The notes under the pieces: generated by a model
What the model saw: only the letters and a program-made list of their open reading frames with translations
Told to the model about the DNA's origin: nothing
Databases searched by the model: none
In this document: positions 49,011 through 60,710 of the stretch, piece after piece
How positions within the stretch are numbered: position 1 is the first letter of the stretch
Layout: each line of letters opens with the position of its first letter
Source: Vicugna vicugna
Taxonomy: Eukaryota
Length of the DNA: 64,000 nucleotides
Assembly (NCBI GenBank): GCA_013265495.1
Contig: MU058718.1
Coordinates: forward strand, 3,548,081-3,612,080
Direction: 5' to 3'
Translations under genes and position numbers: made by a program

Positions 49011-51679
49011 TCCTGGCATGAGAAAAGACCTATTTTCCCTTTGCACAAACAACTCTGATTTCTATAAGAAATATGTTGCTGAACATAAGAAATCAGGAAA
49101 ATGTAACCCAGTTTTACCAACCTCCTCTATTCAGAGTGTAAGTAAAGAGGGGCCACACTGTCCCTTCCTGAAAAGCTTATTAGCCACAGTGGAATAACTA
49201 TGGGCAAATAAAGCAAGCAAAACAGGCATTTAATAGGGAAGGATCATTTATCTAAGGGTCAGGGAAATAAGAAACTACTTTGGACTGATATTACATCCGC
49301 CTCAAAAGAGTTGACCAAAAGAATTCACCACTCCCTTCTTTCTGATGCCCCCACTATAGCCTAAACTTACTTCTTCATCAGTTCACTCACCATGCATTAT
49401 TGCCTTTAGCTGTGTCCCTGTCTGTCTCCCCCTTCAAGACTGTAAGCTCTTTGAAAGATAAAGTCTGTTTCATCTGTTTTTTTCCTGTGTGTGCTAAAAG
49501 TAATAATGGATAACATCAACTGGGTGCTCACTGTGTACCAGAGCCCATTCTAAGTTCTAAACAAATTAATTCGTGTGATGTTCACAACTGCCTTATGAGG
49601 CATGTGCTATCATTGTCTATGTTTTATAGATGAAGAGATGGATGGTCAAAAGGTTAAGACACTTGACCAAATGTACACAACTATCAAGTGAGAGAGTTGG
49701 ATTTCAAATGTAGGCAGCCTAGCCGGGTTCACAAATGGGTAAACCTCAGATGCTTTAATATGCAAAGTGAAGGTGAGAGAGAACAGGAGTGAAGAACAAG
49801 TGATATTATTTTTAAATTCCACGTAGAATCTAAAATCAAAAATGATATATGTAAATTCCCTGCAGGTGGATATCATGTATGTTTCCCTTGTTTGCTATGG
49901 TATCTTGTAACTCCTAGTACAGTCCCAGCACACAGTAGGTCCTTCAGTATTCCTGGAAGTGGAGGAGGGAGGAAGAAAGGGACTGAGCCAGGGAGGAAGG
50001 CATGGAGGGAAGGAGGAAGGAAGAGAGACTGAACGAATAAACACAGCTGGTATCCTCGCTCCGTTGTATTTTCTACCTTCTCTTCCTCTATTATTTCCAT
50101 AGGTAACTTGGCTTCTGAAACCTACGACATCTCACCTAGGATAGGAGAAAGTGTTATTTCTCCAGTATTAAGGGTTCTCAAAGAGAATAGTTTAAATATA
50201 ACATTTTTATAGAATACTGAGGCCTCTCTGGGGCCCTACTAATTCATTTGGCTTTTGAAACAATGTATCTTGTATAGAGTAGACTTTTCCCAAACTGAAA
50301 CATTTTTAAAGAATTTGGACTTGCGCTTTTTCTAATTGTGTGCTGTTTGAAATGTCAGTGCAATGCAGGGATGCCAGTTCCCCCATGGACATATTGACTT
50401 ATTTTAAAAAGTCAATACAAGGCCATAAGCAAATGAACAGCAATGATTAAGGGCCAGGAAATGGCCACTGTCATTTGATGGAACTATTCCTCCAGCAATC
50501 CCTCCACCAGCAATGTGTTACATTTGGTAATAGGCTATAAATGCTAAAAGCACTGTTTTTCTTGTTTCAGCACCATTGTCATCGGACCCTGCTTTCATAG
50601 TGCATAAAATTTCACAGTCCACAGAAACAGCCATACAAATTTAATATATCAGATCTAATCATTAGATTGTATAGACTCCTCACTCTAGTTTTAATCAACA
50701 AAGTAAAATCATACTGGAACTGAAGCATTGAGCTTGTGTCATAAGTGAATTTTAAGTGTTCTTATTCCTCAAGAGTGTCCAAGTTTCTGTTGTTGATCTT
50801 GTTTTGATTCTTATCCAGAGAGCTAATTTTTAGAAGTGTCTCTTTGGTCTAACCTTGGACTAGAACTTCACGAGTCTCTGAATGTCCCAAAATTTGTTTG
50901 TTCTTTGTTCTCATATTACTTTCAGATCTCACTCAAATTTCTTTGCATTATTAAAGATTTTTTTTTTGGTGTCTCATTCAATTTCAACATAACCAAAAAT
51001 GAACTCATTGATTTCTCCCTCATCTGGCTTTCTCCTCTGGATTCTGTTTCTTGGTTGATGGCACCATCCTTTACTCTCTGATCCAATCCAACATTTTGCC
51101 AACTTTTGATCATTCTCATTTCCCCATGTACATCCCGTTAGTTGACAGGTCCATTCATTCAGTCTCTAGATCCATCTTTCCTTTTCATTCTCACACCCAC
51201 TGCCCAAAGTCAGTCCCTCATCATCCTGATGTCGAATATTGCGGTGATCCCCAAAGATGCTTCCATTGTTTATCTCTTATCCCTCCAACCCATCCTTTAT
51301 ATTTCTATTCAATTATTTCCTAAAAGAGAAATGTATCATTTCTCCCCTGCTCCAAAATCAAAATTGGCTCACTATTGCAGATTTTAAAAAGTCCAAGTCT
51401 TTAACGACATTCAAGACTCTTCTTCAGTTATTTCCAGCCTACCCTGGCGGCCCCATCACCTTCACTCCCCACTATTACCTTTGTGATCCAGACACATATA
51501 TGTATGTCCCCCAGGTTTATTGTGATATTCCTCAGTTCCATCTGTCTGGCATAATCCAAACAGCCCTTTACCGCCTCGTTCAAATACCTGTCCTCTCGTG
51601 GAAAGGTCCTTGATCTCCAGGCAGAATGACTCACTTCTCCGCTCCCACAGCATTTTGTTTATATTCTTATTATGCGCCC

Positions 51680-52130
51680 TGTCTTAGGCCAGGTTCGCAG
51701 AAGGCGATCCGGAGAGGAGGATTTGTAGGGAAGTGTTTTATTAAGGAGACGTTCCCAGAAGAGACTGGCAAGTGAACGAGGGAAGTAGGACAGGGAAGGA
51801 CAAGAAACAGCATGAGGGTGAGATCAGGCAGAGTCCCAGCAGGGGTGGCTCTGCCGGATCTGGTTGAGAAGGCCTGGGCATTCACTTATGTCCTGTTCTG
51901 AGGCAAACGGAGCTGGCTTTTTTACTCCCACATTGAGCAGTCACTGGCTGGGAATTTAGGTCCCAAGCACTTCCTGCTCTCTAAAAATGTACATAGTACC
52001 CAAGGGAAGCCACTGAAGAAGAGCCACAGGTGCAGCCAGCAGAAGCAGAAGCCCATCAGCTGATGGAAGGACACACAGAAATGGTAAAGGGGGTCCCTGA
52101 ACAGCTGGGAGGAGGTGGCCCATATCAGCT
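51680..52130 (-). mobile_element. LTR16-like ERVL LTR
   Basis: tgtcttaggccaggttc..cagaag...ggatttg...tttattaagg terminus. Confidence 0.65.
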
Positions 52131-52999
52131 ACGGTCCTTAGTGTAGTCTACCTTGTTCCCCCTGAGCGTCTCCCAGAGCCTGGATGGTGAGCCACTTGGG
52201 AGCAGAGACCCCTAATTAGTCATCCTTTATGTCCCCACAGAAGGGAGGCGATCACTTTGCACTTAGAAATTGCTTAAACAGCACTTATTGGTTCGAATTG
52301 AATACTCCTTTACTAGGTATTAATGCAGCATTTTGCTGCTACTAATCATGTTGCTGAGATATTTTTCCCAAGCTGGTTTTAGCTCAATAATAGAAGATGT
52401 GGCGTCTGGGGTTTCAAAACCTCAGGTTCAACTTTTCACCTTAACGCTTTTCTTCCTGGGGCAACAACTTGCCTCAGCAGATCTCTTTCTAAATTCCAAG
52501 ACAGGCTGCCTGCTTGCTCTGCACAGTCAAGGCTGCCAACCCAAGAAACATTTTTGAAAGATCACAGTCAACATCACTGCCAAGAGAAGAAGTTCTTGGC
52601 ACACAAAGAACCTGGTTCAATCTGAGATGCCAGATGGTGATTTCAACTTCAGCTAAATTTCTGCTGAAAAAAAAAAAGTGTTTGAACTGCAGATGAGAAA
52701 AGCTTCTACGACAAATTTCCAAGTGTTAGAAACTTCAGAGGGAAATGGCAAGTGTTGATACAACCCTCTCCCCCACCAACCACATGCATACATACCATAG
52801 AACCACTACTTGCATCTGGTAGCTAAGATTCTTACAAAGATGCCTTTGCTTTTTAAGAAGACTGTCAGCCCTGATACAATTTTTACTCACATGAAAGTAT
52901 ATTAACCAAATCTATTAAAAGAAAATATTTGTTTATGCACAGTGTTTTTACAAGAGGTATGCCCCTTTAGCACCTGCTGTGAGCTTTTTTTGGCATCTG

Positions 53000-53432
53000 G
53001 AGGTAATTCTTTCCTCTCCACCAATATGTCCACGATGAAGCCAGTTGATAATCAGCATGGCACCTTTCCCTGAATACTGTCAGATTACAAGGGAGATACT
53101 GTGAAGTGTGGATTGGTGATGCTCTGTCTGGATGCCCTTGGGTCCATCTTACTGGTGTAGGAATGTGAAAGTCCAGCTCCTTAGACTCAAGTCGAGGTAA
53201 ACTCTGGGATGTAGTTTGTTCTCCAGGGCTCTGCTCAAGATTATGCTGGGGCTGGGACTTTGCCTGACATTGCACCCTTGGCTGGCTGCTTCTCTTCTGC
53301 TCTCCCTGTCTTGCTCTCCCCCACCCCTCCACCACACTCCCCTACAGGTTTCTCCTGGGCCATCTCTTTAATAAAACTCTTGCACACAAATCCTCATCTC
53401 GGGGTCTGCTTTGGGGGAACTGACCTAAAATT
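53000..53432 (+). mobile_element. LTR16-like ERVL LTR
   Basis: aataaa..cttgcacacaaatcctcatctcggggtctgctt..ggaactgacctaa terminus. Confidence 0.65.
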
Positions 53433-53499
53433 CTAGGCAGTAGAAAAACTGAAGGCATTTTACACTAATAGTGAGGAGACAATTTTTTCTGGAACAAGA

Positions 53500-53950
53500 A
53501 ATGTATGCCTACCTCCTTTATCAATCAAGGTCTCTGAAGGAAATGGTGGATACATTCAAATTAAATACACAGTTGACTAGTTAATAAAGGAACTAATTAC
53601 AAAGGGGTGGGCAGGGTCCAGAGAAGCAAGGATGGTTCCTGCCAGGGAGCTGATAACGGGGGATGTCATTACCAACCCTAGGCCTCACTGGCAAGAACAG
53701 AGGTGACAGGGTTGTGTGGAGAGGGCTGTGCCTCAGAGCTGTGACCGTAAGGGATGCAGCGAGCCTACAAGGCCCTGTAGGGGTGAGCTGGCTGCATAAA
53801 CACCCCCGCCTCACACTCCTTCCTGCTTCCAGTCTTTTGCCAGTGACCCCATCAGCCAAACCTAATGGATGCCAAGTGCAGTACATCTAGGTTGGCCTCT
53901 TAGGGCGTAGAGCAGAGGAGGACAGAGAGGGTATCTGGAGGGACAAACAA
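53500..53950 (-). mobile_element. Old ERVL-type LTR (LTR33-like)
   Basis: ttaataaaggaactaattacaaagg, tctggagggacaaa motifs. Confidence 0.45.
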
Positions 53951-55214
53951 GCACACCTATCTACCTATCCTCACACGCATGCACACACCCACGCATGCAC
54001 GCGCGTGCACACACACACACACATTTGGCCTATTCTTGACTTTGCTCTGTGACCAGCTATACAAAAAAAGAGGCACTAATTTTTCTCTCTGCTGACTTTT
54101 TCCCCTTTTATCTTATTTGTACTTCAGGGGATCCAGAGATACACTGCGTGACATGGGGGAAGGGACCTCAAAAACCGAGAACCAGACAAAATGCTTTATG
54201 TTAAAATCTGAGCCTGGCATCTGGGCATCTCAGCCTAGCCTCCAAACCTCATCTCTAAGATGGCATTTTTTTGCAGATTGAAATATGACTCACAGAGCTC
54301 ACTGCCATAAGATTTATCATGACTTTGACCTCAATATTATGGAGCAAAGAGGTCTAAATTGTGTCCTTAGAGAACCATGCCCATTCTCTCCAAATTGAAA
54401 ACAAAATGCAAATCAAAGTTTTATGCTGCTTTTTGTAATGAAGGATCTAATTGCTTTCTCATCAATCCAGGTGCAAGGTGCCCTCGTTCAGTTTACTCCC
54501 ACATGTTCTCATTATTGGAAGCAATGCTGTCTTCCTATTGGTCTTGTTTTCTGTTTTTGAAATGGTCGTTTTCCCTGCATTCAGCTTTGGCTTGGTTCAG
54601 AACATAAAGCACTGTAAAACTGCAGAATGGAAGACAAACGTTCACCTGGTTCTTTCAAGGCCTTTGAGATTAATCATGGGAAAACAACACAGCTCCTTGG
54701 GGGGCTGGCAGTAGCTGATGTGGGCAGGATGAAGGATGGAGAATGGAGAAGCACCCCTCCCACTCATCCCTGCAGGACAGGCATGCACAGCAGTGACTGT
54801 CTTCTTGGCCTCCAGCCCCATCTCTCTGGGTCCCCTGCAGGTGCAGATACAACTGAGCAGAAAACAGGCAGACTGTGGGGCAGTTATTAACAAATGGCCT
54901 ACAAGGTTGTCATGTCTAAGTATTAAAATTGTGTACACTGGGCTATTCTGAGATTTTATTTTTTAAAATGCTCTTGGGGGGTCCAAGGGTTTGAGGGTGG
55001 TGGTTTAAAAAAGTATTTTAAAACACTGTTTTCATTCCAAGAAGGCTGTTTGCATCATCTATGAACCTGCACGGGAGGTGAGTGCTGGCGTGACGAGCCC
55101 AGCCCAGGGGACTGATGTGTGGTCTTAAGCAAAGCACCAAACGCTCCTGAACCCAGGTTCCGTACCACAACAAAGAATTGGGTTAGATGAAGAACTCTTG
55201 TCTTGTTCCAACCT

Positions 55215-55545
55215 TGCACTGCCTGATACAGCAGCCACCGGTCATAGGTGGCTAGTCTGAACTGAGATGATCTGCAAGTCTAAAAATACACACCAGGTAC
55301 CAGACTTAGTACAACCAGTAATGTAAATTGTATCATTAATAATTTTTATATTGATTACATGTTGAAATGATAATATTTGGGAGTATATTGGTTTAAATAA
55401 AATATACGTGTTTTACTTGTCTGTCTATAGTTTTTAAAATGTGACTACTTTAAAAAATTATATTGAATAAAATTATATTTAAATCTATATATAAAGGAAA
55501 ATTTTGAATTGCACATGTGGCTCATATGATATTACTATTGGACAG
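55215..55545. mobile_element. MER3/MER33-like hAT DNA transposon remnant
   Basis: ttttatattgattacatgttgaaatgataatattt and terminal ctattggacag. Confidence 0.75.
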
Positions 55546-55589
55546 GATTATTTTCTTTCTTTAAAGAACTATTTTATTTTCTTATTATT

Positions 55590-55713
55590 ACTTTTTTTCT
55601 TTGGGGGAGGTAATTAGGTTTATTTATTTATTCTTGAAGGGAGTACTGGGGTTGAACCCAGGACCTCATGTATGCTAAGCATGCACTCTGCCAATTGAGC
55701 TGTACCTTCCCCC
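55590..55713 (-). mobile_element. tRNA-derived SINE (Vic-1-like)
   Basis: Reverse-strand A/B boxes and ggtaattaggttt tail. Confidence 0.85.
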
Positions 55714-58624
55714 CAAGACCTATTTTAAAATACAACTTTTTGGGCTCCCATTTCTTTTGTGTGTGCATCAAACTCTACAAAGCTTAAAGTAGCTTTGCTT
55801 AGGAAAAAAATGTAACATCACTTTCCATTCAAAGATCTTTAAAAAAAAAAGGGTGAAGATTTCATGTCATGTCGGCTAAGTGTTTAAGAGAGTTGAGGTG
55901 AAAGAATATCAGTGTTCCTTAAACTAGAATTTCATTTCCTTCTTTGAATGAAGCTGTTTAAGTGTCTGTCTTTAGGCATTTACAGTCTTTAGAACAGCAG
56001 AACATTTCCAGATTCCAGTCACAAGAAAAGGTATTTCCAGAAGTGAAGATCAGCCTCCCCCCAACCCCAGCACACACACACACATGCAACATCGCTTCTC
56101 CACGTGAGTGCTAAGTATTTGGAAAGCACCTAAAACCTCAGTCCATGAGCTCTCAAAAGCACATGTTCAATAACCACTTCCTCTTGTGCATCAACTGCTG
56201 GGCCAAATAAAGAACAGTGGACAGAGACAGGGCATCAAATATGCCTCCAGACTGATGATCTGGGCAGAAAAAGCAGCAGAGGGAAGCTTCAGAGGCACTT
56301 ATGAGCACAGTGGGAGGCGGGTGGGTTGTCTGGAGACATTGAGGATACATATATTTGCATGGATCGAGTAGGACCTTGAATGTCAGGAAGGAGATCCAGG
56401 ACCTGAGATGAAAGGCAATGGGCTGAATGACTTCATAGAAGCCATGTTTTAGGGAAACCATCCCTCTCTTCTCTGTCACGCTATATACACGTGTGTTCCC
56501 CCCAGATCCCCCCATGTGGAGGACCTGACTGGGATCCAGTGCTACTTTACAGTGTTCCTTCCCTCTTACGTATGTGTAGTTTTGCTTCCCAAGAGGAGAA
56601 AAACGAAACATTTCCTCAAGGGCAAGAACAAAGGCTGATTTTTCTTTTGAACAGCTCATGACTTTCAGGAAGAGTACTAGACAGAGTAGGTGTTTAATGT
56701 TTACTTTAAAAAAATTAAGTTGTGCTGAACCCTTGTTTCTTCTTCATTCGTGTTTTATGAGGGGAAATTAAGAGAGAATCCTAATTCCTTGTGGGGATCC
56801 TTCAGGAGCAAATGTGTAAATCAGTTTGCCTTCTGTCTCGTTCCCACCTCTCGTGATTTTCTCCTTTCTTGCTGCCATCTTCTTGGTTTTTTGGCATCAA
56901 CATTTTGTCACCGAAACTCCTAGTCTTTGACTTGCGTGTCTGAAACCCCAATTTCCCCCTTCCTCCTTTCACCACCCAGTTGCTTAGGACCTTGGGGAGA
57001 GTATGATGTCCTTTTCACCCAGACAATCCCTGGGTTGGATTATTCCTGATAATCTGCTTTATCTACTTGGCCCTCCCTGATGCAGCTCTACAACTTACAT
57101 GAGCACTGTTCTGATTAGTTCAAAGGGTCAGAGAAATAAGACAGACATTTATTAAAGAAGGGTTGAAGGAGCTGGGAGTTACCACAGAGCGACAAAAGAG
57201 TTGTTTTGTTTTGTTTTGCTTTGTTTTGTTTTGTTTTGGTTTTTTACTATTCTGTGACTAAGAAATAATATATACCCAGCTATGACTTTGAGGGAAGTAC
57301 CCTGAGTTTGGTCAGAGCTAAAGCCTTTCCTTAACTAGAAAAAGATAACTCTGCAGATGCTAGGAAATTTACAAGCCTGAACATTCTCCTCCCTCCCTCT
57401 TTCTCTCTCTCTCTCTTTTGATTTACTTCTATTGTCCTGACTCTAAACTTAACATTACAAAGTTACCTCAAGAAGAAACAAAGAGTAGCTTTCTTTTCCC
57501 TGGATTACTTTTTAGTTAACTTTTTTGCAGCTTTTTTTTCATTTCTTTTAAACAATCTAACAAAGCCAGCCCAATACTGAAAAATGTAGCAGAAAGCCAT
57601 TAGAAAGTGTCACCTACAAATACTTAAGGATACTGGGTCCTGGAACAAGACTCTTTTTAAAGTAGGAACTGATATCGGAGGCAGATAAACTACAACAGAT
57701 AAGAAATGTGGTTTGTGTAGGGTATTAACTCAGGGTAAATGTTTACATTTCTTTTCATTTTTCCCCTTATATTGCATACAATGTAGTACTGGGGCTTGGC
57801 TACTATTTCTGTTATTATCTTACATTTTTGTTTAACAGAGAAAGGCTCAAGTGATAGCTTCTAAGGTAAATTTCTGCACTCTTCCAGTGACTCAGTCTGG
57901 ACTAAGACTCACCTTTTACCCTGTGCAACCTTAATTGCAGGCACACTGTGTCAACTTATCTGCCTTGGCAGAATGATTCTTGCAAAGCTGTACCATGAAG
58001 TAGCCATGCTCCACACTTTCCCCTCCTTTGTAGCAAAGCTGGAGGTTGAATGTAATTTCCAGTTCTAAGTCCCAGCATTAACTCCACCCCCATTCACTCC
58101 TCTCATGAAAGAGTATCTTCTGTGAAATTATACAACCCCCACCAATTCTGGTCTTCCTCCATAGGGAACATCTCCTAGTCCCCAAGAATCACTGCCTGAC
58201 ACTAAGAAACAGTCCCATCATTAAGGATTCTTGCAGGTTGAAAAGGGATGCTTTGGCAGAGAACTTGTAGGATGAGGCTCCCAGAGACTAGATGAACCAA
58301 ATAAAATCTCTTCACTCTTACTTTCTAAAACTGTTGGTTGTTTTAGTCCCCAATGAACATAGTCTTCTGGATTCTGGTAACAGGTTAGCTATTCCCATAA
58401 CAAACAGTATGTATATGTGTTGTGTAATTATTACTAGACTGAACAACACACATAAAGCACATATACACATGTGTGTATTCCCACTTGCCCAAGATTGTTT
58501 AAAAGGGGGAGAGAGGAGCATGAGCCTCTCCTTTTTCTGTGCAGACTGTGTTGATGGAAGAGAGTACGGGTTCTAAAATAAAACTGATCTGCTTCATAAA
58601 AAAACAAAAAACAAAACAAAAAGA

Positions 58625-58860
58625 CCTTTATTTTGAGTTAACTGTAGATTCGTATTAAGTTATAAGAAAATACACAGAGATCCCTTATAGACCTTTTACG
58701 CAATTTTCCCCAATGATAACATTTTGCATAATTGTACTATAATATCACAACCAGGAAATTGACAACAACATCATTCTAGGGCCTTATTTAAATGTCACCA
58801 GTTTTATGCTCACTCATTTGTGTGAGTGTATATTTAGTGCTATGCAAGTTCATCACATGT
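58625..58860 (-). mobile_element. L1MC-like 3' fragment
   Basis: tatcacaaccaggaaattgaca motif. Confidence 0.65.
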
Positions 58861-58871
58861 GTGATCTGCTT

Positions 58872-59045
58872 TTGAATCCCAGCTCTGCCAACTAGCTATG
58901 TGGTTCTGAACAAGCTCCTTACCTTCTGAGGCCCAGTTTCCTTATTTTGCAAAATGGATATAATAATGCCTGCCTCCTAAAGGTAGTGTGAGGATTAGGT
59001 AAGATCACTCCTGTTTCCAGCACACTGGATTCTCAGTAAATGCTA
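58872..59045 (+). mobile_element. MIR SINE
   Basis: tgaatcccagctctgcca...cagtttccttattttgcaaaatgg. Confidence 0.75.
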
Positions 59046-60049
59046 GATTCCTTCCTGTCTATCCCTTGTTCTTTAGTAGCAAGGGAGCGTTCTCCAGTTT
59101 TCTGCTGAAATTACCAGGCTTGTGGGTTACAATAAATCAGGCGGCTCCTTCTTCAAGGGCAACACATGTAACTCTGCAGCCCAAAGAGAGAACAACGGTG
59201 TCACCTCCGGCCCACAGCCAGAACTGGAATCTTATTTGCAAACAAGTCAGAAGTGGAGGGATAATGGAGTGAGAAGCTGAGCCTGGAGTAGGGGGAGGAG
59301 AGAGGAGGTGGTAAATTCACAGCAATCGCCGGCCTGATGACTGCCAGCTCCAAGGAGTTTCTGTCCTGTGTGGCTTGTGACCGAGGGCTGGATTTCCTGC
59401 AGAAGGCTGGATAGGGGGCAGGAGCCTAAGAGGACATGGTGGGCAGGTGCAGGAGCAATCTAGACCTGGCAGGAGGGTCGCACTCGCTCCACAGGGTTCA
59501 GAGTCAAGTCTGGAGCTTCCACCCCCTGGACCCCTCTTCCAATGACCGCCAATGGGCGCTCTAGGGCTGAGAAATCCAGGGCCGCCCGTGGGCAAGAGGG
59601 GCACCTGAGTTCCCGCTTTAAAGTCCCACTGGCTGGAGGCCGGGGCTGTTCCCCGACCCGGAGACGTCGCGGGCCGGGTGTCCCTGGCGCAGCGGAGCGT
59701 GTGCGGGCGCCTTTGGAAGGAAAGAAACGCTAGCGGGCGGGGAGTTGACCTCGCGGCTCCGACCTCCTTCACCTGCGCCCCCGCGAGCCCCGCGGCTTCC
59801 AAGTTCAAATCTCGGAGGCGACCGCCCCAGCGCACACAGCAGCCAAGCCGGGACCGGGCTCATCCGTGCTCCAGCCACCCGAGGCGGGGGTCCCGGTGGA
59901 GGAGCGAGGGGACCGACCCCGCGAGGGCCCGGGCGGCGCCAGGCGCTCCTCCCACGGCGGCCCCAGCGGCGCGGGCGGCGGAGGAGGAGCCGCGCCCGGC
60001 CCGGCGTCGCCCTGGCTCCTCCTCCCAGCGCGGGCCTGGCCCTTCCTCC

Positions 60050-60206
60050 CGCGCGTCCGAAGCTTCGGGTGGCCGCGGCTGAGCCGGGAGCCGAGCGCGC
60101 TGGGCGCGGCCGTCCCGCTGCCACCGCCGCCGCCGCCTCCAAGCCCCGAGTGCGCCCGCGGCCCCGGCCCCCGCGCCGGCGGCGGGTGCCTGAGCCCCGG
60201 GGCGCG
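60050..60206 (+). other. NIN: Probable non-coding first exon (5' UTR); start approximate
   Basis: Donor GCG|gtaagc at 60206/60207 in the island core. Confidence 0.55.
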
Positions 60207-60656
60207 GTAAGCGCGGAGCCGGATCCCGGGGACCCCAGCCCCGAGGCCTGGGGGTGCGCAGAGGCCTCGCGCTGCCCCCACGCGGTCCGCGAGGCTTCCC
60301 CTCCAGGGTCGGGGCCGGGCGGAGGCTGTCCCCGCTGGCTGGGTGCAGGGGGCGGCGGCGAGGAAGCGGGTGGCCTGGCGGCAGGCTCGGGCCGGAGCGC
60401 TCCGGAGTGGGGGGGACGGAGGAGGGGCCGGTCCCGGAGCGCGGGCGAGGGGCGGGCCGGCGGGCAGGGGGGATGCGCACCGCAGCCCCCGGGAGCGGCG
60501 CTTTTGTGAGCGCTGGCCCCTTACATATGGAAATGACGCTCGCGCGGGTCCCCATTCGCGTCCTTTTGAAGGACGCCCGCCCGGAACCCCGGCGTCGGCT
60601 GCGAAGTATTGTCCCGCTTCTGGAGCCCTAACAAAGCGTCCTCCCCCGCTTTGCAG

Positions 60657-60710
60657 AGCACTGGAGGCAGGCGGCCGGCTGTGCCGGCGCAACGGAGAGG
60701 CCGACCTAAG
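60657..60710 (+). other. NIN: Probable non-coding second exon (54 nt)
   Basis: Acceptor cccccgctttgcag| and donor AAG|gtaggc; no ATG inside. Confidence 0.55.
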
